From: Allobaculum fili
GTDB lineage: Bacteria; Bacillota_I; Bacilli_A; Erysipelotrichales; Erysipelotrichaceae
Length of the DNA: 32,000 nucleotides
Direction: 5' to 3'
Assembly: GCF_020969955.1 (NCBI RefSeq)
Contig: NZ_JAHDSX010000010.1
Span: 30,001-62,000, forward strand
The translations under genes were made by a program, and so were the position numbers. The first letter of the stretch is position 1. Each line of letters opens with the position of its first letter. Positions 9,609-15,834 of the stretch are shown here, piece by piece. Under the pieces are notes generated by a model that was not told where the DNA came from, searched no databases, and worked only from the letters and a program-made list of their open reading frames with translations.

Positions 9609-9971
9609 ACTGTGCGAAAACCTTCATTTCCTGCCTCTCTTTTGACCGTTTGGCAGCAATACGAAAAGCCGGGGCCAAAGAGAGGACCAAAGCGGCTGGA
9701 AAGCGTTTTTCAGGCCGGATTCTATCCCGAGAGGAAAAATGGAAAAATCCGGACAAAACGATGCAAAGACTGTCGAAAAAGGAAACTGTTGCCGGCCTGT
9801 ACAGACAGGATGAAACGATCTGATATACTAAGCAATGGCATCTTGCTTTTAAAACCAGATGAAAGAATATTCCAAATTACTTAAATAGATCCTGTTTTCC
9901 TGTGTTTCTGCTCCATGTTTTCTGGACGAATGAAATGCGGATGGATTTCTGTGCGGATTTGGTTATGGCGT

Positions 9972-10040
9972 CTGTCGATCTGTTCTCTCCTTGTATTTTC
10001 GGCCTGCCAAAGCCATTTGCACACACAGCTGTCGATCTGT
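9972..10040 (+). repeat. Exact 12-nt direct repeat CTGTCGATCTGT (two copies, 57 nt apart)
   Basis: The copies lie at 9972-9983 and 10029-10040, inside the gene-free region upstream of degV. The repeat is certain. Its function is unknown. Confidence 0.6.
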
Positions 10041-10075
10041 ATATTTCAGTCATGTCCGATTAGTGGAAAACGGAG

Positions 10076-10105
10076 CATGGTCCGCTAAAATGTAGGCGGA
10101 CCATG
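10076..10105 (+). promoter_or_regulatory. Perfect 10-bp inverted repeat (5'-UTR hairpin or operator) 38 nt upstream of the first DegV start
   Basis: CATGGTCCGC (10076-10085) and GCGGACCATG (10096-10105) flank a 10-nt loop. No T-run follows, so this is not a terminator. Confidence 0.4.
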
Positions 10106-10142
10106 AAACGATGGCTCCCGCAAAATGGAGAACAGATCAATT

Positions 10143-11030
10143 ATGAAAGTAAAAGTCATTACGGATTCCGGCAGCGGCTTAACGCAGAAGCAGGCCGAAT
10201 CCTTAGGAATAGAATTTCTTCCCCTGCAGGTTCTCGTCGACGAGACACAGTATCTCGACGGCGTGGATCTGACCTGCGAAAAGCTGTATGAGCTTCTCGA
10301 TGAAGGCAAAATGCCCACGACCAGCCAGCCGCCTCTTCTTCTTGAAGAAGAGCTTTTCGAACGGCTGAAAAGCGAAGGCGTAACGGACGTGATTGTCATC
10401 AATCTGTCCAACGGCCTCTCTTCAACCAACCAGATCATCCAGGCGACCGCAAAACGCTTCGATATCGTCGTGCATACGCTCGATATTTATACGACCCTCG
10501 CCGTGCAGCAGTATCTGGTCATTGCGGCCCAGCAGCTGCTCGAACAGGGCAGGGATCCGGAAGCCATCGTCGACGCGCTGCGCAAGTCAGTCGACGGTTC
10601 AGCCGGTTATCTGATGGTCGACAATCTCGACCATCTCGCCGCAGGCGGACGTCTGACGCCGCTTGCTGCCAAACTTGGCGGCATGCTCAAGATTAAGCCG
10701 GTCCTGCGCGTTTCCAAAGATACGCAGGGCAAAGTCGACTCCTTTGAAAAAGTCCGCACCTTCCATAAGGCGGTCAGCCGCGGCGTAGAACAGGTAGCCA
10801 AGGGTCTTGTGGACGGCGTCGACTACGAACTGTTCGTTCTGAACGGCAACGCGGATGCTTCGGCAGAGGCGGCAAGAGAAATGATGGCGGCGCTGCGTCC
10901 TGGAACAAAGGTTCATGTGCTGAACATGTTCCCGGTCATCGCGGCGCACACCGGACTTGGCTCGGTCGGCGTACAGTACATCCCGAAAATTGAAGGAGTG
11001 GAATATGATGAAACTCGCATTTGTGACTGA
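10143..11030 (+). CDS. DegV family fatty-acid-binding protein (FakB-like), paralog 1
   Basis: MKVKVITDSGSGL... is the typical DegV N-terminus, and GGRLTPLAAKLGGMLKIKPVL is the conserved DegV motif. I chose the ATG at 10143, with GGAG at 10128-10131, over the track start at 10125. Confidence 0.9.
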   Translation: MKVKVITDSGSGLTQKQAESLGIEFLPLQVLVDETQYLDGVDLTCEKLYELLDEGKMPTTSQPPLLLEEELFERLKSEGVTDVIVINLSNGLSSTNQIIQATAKRFDIVVHTLDIYTTLAVQQYLVIAAQQLLEQGRDPEAIVDALRKSVDGSAGYLMVDNLDHLAAGGRLTPLAAKLGGMLKIKPVLRVSKDTQGKVDSFEKVRTFHKAVSRGVEQVAKGLVDGVDYELFVLNGNADASAEAAREMMAALRPGTKVHVLNMFPVIAAHTGLGSVGVQYIPKIEGVEYDETRICD

Positions 11031-11901
11031 CAGCGGAACCGGATTCAGCAGTGAATACTGGAAAAAGCATGGAATTTATTCCGTACCTCTGCAGATTACA
11101 GAAGGACAGAACACCTACGACGAGTTTGAAGATATCTCCTATGCCCAGGTCATTGACAACCTTCACCAGCAGAAACTGATGAAGACCTCGCTGCCTTCGC
11201 TTGGAAAAATCGAAGATCTCTTTGAACAGCTCAAAAAAGACGGATATGAGGGCGTATTCTGCGTTCCGATCTGCCGCGGACTTTCCGGCACCCTGAATGC
11301 CATGGAGTCCGCTGCGCACCAGATGGATCTGGCCTTTTACGGGTTTGACTGCGGAACGACAGCCGTAACCCAGTCCCACTGCATTATCACCGCCAAAACG
11401 ATGTATGAGCAGGGAAAGAGCATTGAGGAAATCATGGAAAAGCTCGAACAGATTGCGGGAAACTGCGATACGTTCGTTCTTTGCGACGACCTCCAGCACA
11501 TGCGCCGCGGCGGCCGTCTGACCGCAACAGCAGCCGCTCTTGGCGGACTGCTCAAAATCAAGCCGATCCTTCACGTCAACCGCAAGACTGAAGGCCGCGT
11601 TGACGCGGTCGATAAAGTCCGCACGATGTCCCGCGCGCAGGATCGTACGATCAGCCTGCTCAAGGATATGGGCACCAATAAGGACTATGACTTTACCGTC
11701 GCTCACGTGGATTCTCTCGAAAGCGCGAAGGCGTTCGCCCGCAAGATCAAGGAAAACTTTGACGGGGCTACGGTTCGCGTAATCGATCTGGTCAGCGCCG
11801 TCGGCATTCATACCGGACTCAACTGCCTGGCGGTTCAGGTTTTTGATCCAGCCGGCTATCCGGTCATGGTTTATACCGACGAAGATACGATCCGCATTTA
11901 A
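11005..11901 (+). CDS. DegV family fatty-acid-binding protein (FakB-like), paralog 2
   Basis: MMKLAFVTDSGTGF... and GGRLTATAAALGGLLKIKPIL match the DegV pattern. GAAGGAG at 10992-10998 precedes the ATG at 11005 (or 11008). The gene overlaps the end of paralog 1 by about 26 nt. Confidence 0.9.
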   Translation: MMKLAFVTDSGTGFSSEYWKKHGIYSVPLQITEGQNTYDEFEDISYAQVIDNLHQQKLMKTSLPSLGKIEDLFEQLKKDGYEGVFCVPICRGLSGTLNAMESAAHQMDLAFYGFDCGTTAVTQSHCIITAKTMYEQGKSIEEIMEKLEQIAGNCDTFVLCDDLQHMRRGGRLTATAAALGGLLKIKPILHVNRKTEGRVDAVDKVRTMSRAQDRTISLLKDMGTNKDYDFTVAHVDSLESAKAFARKIKENFDGATVRVIDLVSAVGIHTGLNCLAVQVFDPAGYPVMVYTDEDTIRI

Positions 11902-11948
11902 TGCGACTTTCGTACGAAAACGAAATTAAAAATTGGAGAGACAATAAA

Positions 11949-11995
11949 ATGCCGCTGCAGGCGAGGAAAACCTGCGGCGGCATTTCGCGTTTTTC
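11949..11995 (+). terminator. Rho-independent terminator after the DegV pair
   Basis: A 13-bp stem forms between ATGCCGCTGCAGG (11949-11961) and CCTGCGGCGGCAT (11971-11983), with one G-U pair. A T-rich tail (TTCGCGTTTTT) follows. Confidence 0.7.
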
Positions 11996-12024
11996 AAAAA
12001 GAAAAGACCGAGGAAACTCGGTCT
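11994..12024 (-). terminator. Rho-independent terminator for the - strand gene ending at 12031
   Basis: AGACCGAG (12005-12012) pairs with CTCGGTCT (12017-12024) around a GAAA loop. On the - strand the hairpin is followed by TTTTCTTTTT. Confidence 0.75.
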
Positions 12025-12030
12025 GTGAAT

Positions 12031-12648
12031 TTATTTGCGGGTCAGCAGCGCGGTTCGTACGGTGAAGTTTCCGTATTCGTCGAGCGCGCGAATCTGTACC
12101 ATGCGCGATCCGGGTTCGTGGATCAGCATGGACGGATTGAGAATATAGAGCTTGCAGCGCGAACAGTCGCTGAGCTTGGTTACAAAACTCTGGGCGTCCA
12201 CTTCGTCGCTGACGCCGACGGTCAGATTCTGCACTTCGAGTTTCGGCGCAGTCGTATCCACAACCTGAATGTCGACCTGGGACTGGTGCCCGTCGATCGT
12301 GCAGGCTCCGGTATAGCTGCCGGCCTTATTGATGTTGAGGTTGGTCGAGCAGACGGGTGTGCTTTCAGTTTCGTAATGAATCTTATCGATCATGTCATAC
12401 AGCGAATAGTCCGAACCGGCTTCGACGGGGCTTACTTCCTTTTTGAAGGTAATCGCTTCGGAAGCCATGAGCGGGTTGAACAGACTGGAAAAAACAGCCA
12501 GTACAGTAATCGCCAGAATGGAGCTGAGTACAAGACGCGGCGTCTGGGACTGCCGCATATGAAGTAAGAAACGACGTTTTTTCTGATAAAATCGACGACG
12601 CGCTCTAGCCGAGCGGGCCCGGCGTGCTTGAATCGGATTGAAATACAT
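12031..12648 (-). CDS. Hypothetical single-pass membrane protein with a basic cytoplasmic N-terminus and extracellular Ig-like (DUF5011/bacterial Ig-type) domain(s)
   Basis: I chose the ATG at 12648 (MYFNPIQARRARSARARRRFYQKKRR...). The TM is LVLSSILAITVLAVFSSLF. The ectodomain has beta-rich patterns such as GSYTGACTIDG...VDIQVVDTTAPKL and VQIRALDEYGNFTVRTALL, which are typical of Ig-like surface domains. The start codon is uncertain. Confidence 0.65.
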   Translation of the reverse strand: MYFNPIQARRARSARARRRFYQKKRRFLLHMRQSQTPRLVLSSILAITVLAVFSSLFNPLMASEAITFKKEVSPVEAGSDYSLYDMIDKIHYETESTPVCSTNLNINKAGSYTGACTIDGHQSQVDIQVVDTTAPKLEVQNLTVGVSDEVDAQSFVTKLSDCSRCKLYILNPSMLIHEPGSRMVQIRALDEYGNFTVRTALLTRK

Positions 12649-12973
12649 GATGTTCCTGCCTTGCGCAGCCAATTTCAATAACGGTACCGGTCTGCAAAAG
12701 ATGCGGGGAAAGACCGGAGAAAATAAAAAAAGACGACCTCTGCGCAAGACACAATACTGTCACTGATTGCGGCTAAAGGCAAGCGCAAAAATGATGAAAA
12801 CGTAATGAAAATGACACGCTGAAAGCGTGTAAGAAAAGCGTCTGTTTTCATAAAAAAAGAAGGATGCAGAAGCCATTCCTGTTTTGTCTGTTCTGAACTG
12901 GAAAAGCGCTTTCTTCCGGATCACAGACGACTGAAAACGCGTGTAAATTCCAAATACCATCTTTGAAAATTGA

Positions 12974-13002
12974 TTGAACAAAACTTGATTTTTCTTTAGA
13001 TT
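12974..13002 (+). promoter_or_regulatory. Candidate sigma-A promoter for the lipoprotein gene
   Basis: TTGAAC, a 17-nt spacer, then TAGATT, in an AT-rich divergent intergenic region. It would give a leader of about 235 nt. Confidence 0.35.
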
Positions 13003-13244
13003 TCGCAAACCATTCCCTGTCTACAATCAGAAGGAGAGAAAAGCACCGCACGCGCCAAATCCAGACAGAAAAATTGAACGCATTTTTCATGGAATGGAGA
13101 AATGGAAGAAAGAAACCGGATCTTTCATTATGGAATAAGGCTTTAGCTCTCAGATTTTGAAAGCTTCAGGAGGATCTTTATTCGAAAGGATGGCCGCCCT
13201 TTGAGCGGCATCCTGTGAAGGAACAGAGAAAGGAGCTGTTGAAT

Positions 13245-14153
13245 ATGACAGGAAAACGATTTGGTTTGCAAAAGGCTCTGTGCGTGTGCTTAGGCATTCT
13301 TGTTTTTTCGGGCTGTACTGATTCTTCATCGAGCACTGCCGGCACGGTGCAGCCTTCTTCTTCCAGCACCGCCATGCAGACCATTTCTTCGAGCTCAGAA
13401 GGGGAGCTGTGGGTGATGGAAAATGACACGATCGCATCCAGGCTGCAGTACTGCCGCCCGGGTGAAGGCGGTCATATGATCACCCATGCCGATCTGAATT
13501 ATGGCTTTGAAGCACCGGCCGACCTGCACTATGTTTCGGAGAATGGAACGATCTCCTTTAAGAAAGACGGAAGCTGGAAAGCGGTAAAACCTGGAGAAGA
13601 CTGTATTACGCGGCTGCAGGACTGGGATCTGGAAGAAATGAAGGAAAGAGGTCTGGATCCGGATATCGCTCTGCAGCTGCCGAAGACGGATCGGTTCCAT
13701 GTGTATGTAACGGAAGACTATCCTGTCTATACGCTCCGAAATCCGAAAACGGAAGAATACCGTCTCGTGGATGATCGTGCGGCCTGCACCGCTTTGGTCG
13801 ATCAGGGATGGGAGCAGGTGGAAGAAATGTTTGTGATGTCAGCCGATTCGGGCACGAAAGTGCGTGCTTTCTACAATCCGGAAGACGGCGATCGGATTTA
13901 TACGGTCGATTCGGAAGAAGCAGATCGCCTGCTCGAAAAGGGATGGACGGAAGAGGCTTCTCAAATGACTTCCGATACCGAAGAAGGCATTCCTGTGTAC
14001 TGTCTGACGGCAGAAATCAACGGGAAGTCCCGCCATCTGTATACAACAAAGTACCATGACTGGCGCGCCTATGGAGATTTATGGAAAGTCGATGACGATA
14101 TTGCCTTTTACGCCGTTCGGACGCCTCTGTATGACGATGGAACGCTTTATTGA
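13245..14153 (+). CDS. Lipoprotein with three degenerate DUF5648-like repeats
   Basis: AAAGGAG lies 8 nt upstream of the ATG at 13245. The signal peptide MTGKRFGLQKALCVCLGILVFSGC ends in a lipobox (VFSG|C), followed by a Ser-rich linker. Three C-terminal repeats resemble the YRLYNPxxGxHxYTxxxxExxxLxxxGW repeat: PVYTLRNPKTEEYRLV...DQGW, RAFYNPEDGDRIYTVDSEEADRLLEKGW, and VYCLTAEINGKSRHLYTTKYHDWRAYGDLW. Confidence 0.8.
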   Translation: MTGKRFGLQKALCVCLGILVFSGCTDSSSSTAGTVQPSSSSTAMQTISSSSEGELWVMENDTIASRLQYCRPGEGGHMITHADLNYGFEAPADLHYVSENGTISFKKDGSWKAVKPGEDCITRLQDWDLEEMKERGLDPDIALQLPKTDRFHVYVTEDYPVYTLRNPKTEEYRLVDDRAACTALVDQGWEQVEEMFVMSADSGTKVRAFYNPEDGDRIYTVDSEEADRLLEKGWTEEASQMTSDTEEGIPVYCLTAEINGKSRHLYTTKYHDWRAYGDLWKVDDDIAFYAVRTPLYDDGTLY

Positions 14154-14191
14154 GGAAGAATAGTTTCCGCATTCGAAAAAAATGACTTTAG

Positions 14192-14225
14192 ACCGGCCGA
14201 TCGTACAGATCGAGCCGGTTCTTTT
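14192..14225 (+). terminator. Rho-independent terminator after the lipoprotein gene
   Basis: ACCGGCCGATC pairs with GATCG(A)GCCGGT (11 bp with one bulge), followed by TCTTTT. Confidence 0.8.
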
Positions 14226-14244
14226 AATCGATCCGGTTCTTTTA
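14209..14244 (+). repeat. 18-bp tandem duplication of the terminator 3' arm plus T-tract
   Basis: ATCGAGCCGGTTCTTTTA (14209-14226) is followed directly by ATCGATCCGGTTCTTTTA (14227-14244), with one mismatch. Confidence 0.8.
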
Positions 14245-14370
14245 TGGGAAAAGAGCGGATATCGATGTACAGGCAGGAGAATAGAATCCCGGTGCTTGAG
14301 ACGGCAGAGCGGACTGGCCGCACGGCATCTGGAATATTTCCCTGAAGACAGTCGGGCAGCCGTATAAAGA

Positions 14371-14417
14371 TTCAGATTGAAAAACAGATCGTCAGACTAC
14401 CCGGTTTTGAATCTGAA
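14371..14417. promoter_or_regulatory. 13-bp imperfect inverted repeat upstream of rpsF
   Basis: TTCAGATTGAAAA (14371-14383) pairs with TTTTGAATCTGAA (14405-14417) at 12 of 13 positions, with a 21-nt loop. The function is unknown. Confidence 0.3.
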
Positions 14418-14480
14418 AAAAGGACAGACTTGCGCATTTTCTCCTTTTCTGATAAGGTATTTCGGCAAGTCTATCTTGCT

Positions 14481-14527
14481 TCCTGTCCTGCCTGATGACA
14501 GGACCGACAGACCAGAGGGAGGTGTAC
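14481..14527 (+). promoter_or_regulatory. Candidate rpsF 5' leader structure (possible S6:S18 autoregulatory motif)
   Basis: The hairpin TCCTGTC (14481-14487) / GACAGGA (14497-14503) is followed by CCGACAGACCAGAGGGAGG, which contains the RBS. A structured rpsF leader bound by the S6:S18 complex has been described in Bacillota. I cannot verify the covariation model by eye. Confidence 0.3.
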
Positions 14528-14824
14528 ATGATGAAAAAGTATGAGGTTATGTACATTGTGAATGCATCGCTCGATGACGAACAGTTCGCAGCTCTTGAAA
14601 AAAGACTGTATGCTCCAATCATTGAGAACGGCGGCTCCGTTGACAAAGTGGACAACTGGGGCGTAAAAGATTTTGCCTACGAGATCAATCACATGAAAAA
14701 AGGCCACTATGTGGTTATGTACTGCACCGCTAACAACGAAGGAATTGAAGAATTCCAGCGTCTGTGTCGTATCAACAACAGCGTAATTCGTGTCATGGTT
14801 ATCAAAAAAGAAGAAGAAAAGTAA
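14528..14824 (+). CDS. rpsF: 30S ribosomal protein S6
   Basis: MMKKYEVMYIVNASLDDEQ... is a typical S6 N-terminus. GGGAGG lies at 14517-14522. The start is at 14528 or 14531. Confidence 0.95.
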   Translation: MMKKYEVMYIVNASLDDEQFAALEKRLYAPIIENGGSVDKVDNWGVKDFAYEINHMKKGHYVVMYCTANNEGIEEFQRLCRINNSVIRVMVIKKEEEK

Positions 14825-14836
14825 GAGGTACCGTCT

Positions 14837-15442
14837 ATGATGAACCGCGTTGATTTAATTGGTCGACTGACGAGAGATCTGGAACTTCGCCGGACTCAGT
14901 CAGGTAATAACATGCTCAGGTTTACTCTTGCTGTAGAGCGCCGCTATAAACAGCCTGGACAGCCGGAAGCTGACTTCATCAGCTGCACGGCGTTTGGCAA
15001 AACAGCGGAGAACATGGCTCGCTTTTTGCATAAAGGCTCGCTGATCAGCGTCGAAGGACGCATTCAGACCGGATCCTACGTTAACCAGCAGGGACAGAAA
15101 GTCTACACGACCGATGTCATTGCGGACAACGTACAGTTCCTCGAACCGAGAAACGCTCGAGGCGGATACGTTCAGGATCAGGGCTACGGCTACAATGGCG
15201 GTTATTCGGATAATTCCCAGAGCTACGGCGGCTACGGCAGTCAGGACGCTTCGGGAGGCCAGAACTATTCTGGCGGTTATTCGAACCAGAGCTACGGCTA
15301 TGGTTCGCAGGCATCCAATCCTTACGCGAAGAGCGAAAACACAGGATTTGGAGCTGCTTCTGCTTCACCCGACAATGACACAAGCGGCATCGTCGACGAT
15401 TCGTCCACCCTGGACATTTCTTCCGACGATCTGCCGTTCTAA
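14837..15442 (+). CDS. ssb: Single-stranded DNA-binding protein
   Basis: The OB-fold N-terminus is MMNRVDLIGRLTRDLELRRTQSGNNMLRFTLAV. A long G/Y/S/Q-rich linker follows, and the canonical acidic tip is ...DISSDDLPF. The gene sits between rpsF and rpsR as in Bacillus. Confidence 0.95.
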   Translation: MMNRVDLIGRLTRDLELRRTQSGNNMLRFTLAVERRYKQPGQPEADFISCTAFGKTAENMARFLHKGSLISVEGRIQTGSYVNQQGQKVYTTDVIADNVQFLEPRNARGGYVQDQGYGYNGGYSDNSQSYGGYGSQDASGGQNYSGGYSNQSYGYGSQASNPYAKSENTGFGAASASPDNDTSGIVDDSSTLDISSDDLPF

Positions 15443-15469
15443 ACGAATTCAAGAAAGGAGATCCGACAC

Positions 15470-15700
15470 ATGGCATTCAAAAAACAGCGCATGGGCCGTA
15501 AAAAAGTCTGCTACTTTACAAAAAACAAAATCAAGGAAATTGATTACAAAGATGTTGAACTGCTGAAGCGTTTCATCAACACGAACGGAAAAATCATCCC
15601 CAGACGTGTTACTGGAACTCGCGCCCGCTACCAGAGACAGCTTGCTACTGCCATCAAACGCGCACGCCAGATGGCTCTGCTGCCTTACGTTGCAGACTAA
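15470..15700 (+). CDS. rpsR: 30S ribosomal protein S18
   Basis: [36 protein letters not shown]...RRVTGT is the conserved S18 pattern. AAAGGAG lies upstream. Confidence 0.95.
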   Translation: MAFKKQRMGRKKVCYFTKNKIKEIDYKDVELLKRFINTNGKIIPRRVTGTRARYQRQLATAIKRARQMALLPYVAD

Positions 15701-15727
15701 TTTCGGTTAATTTACCCATACCCATTC

Positions 15728-15760
15728 AGACAGGCTGGCTTCGGCTCGCCTGTCTTTTTT
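15728..15760 (+). terminator. Rho-independent terminator of the rpsF-ssb-rpsR operon
   Basis: AGACAGGC (15728-15735) pairs with GCCTGTCT (15748-15755), followed by TTTTT. Confidence 0.8.
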
Positions 15761-15771
15761 CAATCCCGCAC

Positions 15772-15810
15772 AAAAGGCCTTTCTGCTGCTGAGAACAGAA
15801 CGGCCTTTTT
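15772..15810 (-). terminator. Terminator hairpin for the convergent AAA+ gene (bidirectional in form)
   Basis: AAAAGGCC...GGCCTTTTT, with inner TTCTG/CAGAA pairing. A-runs and T-runs flank it on both sides. Confidence 0.6.
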
Positions 15811-15834
15811 CCATGAATGGGGAATGTTCGATTT

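Noticed and set aside
9600-9884. A 94-aa ORF (TTG start) in the ABC/degV divergent region
   Set aside because: It has a TTG start with no RBS, and its composition is highly basic, low-complexity and stop-poor. It is more likely non-coding promoter or leader DNA.
12760-13090. 80- and 82-aa ORFs on the - strand in the AT-rich spacer
   Set aside because: They overlap each other in different frames, lack an RBS, and have odd composition. They sit where divergent promoters are expected.
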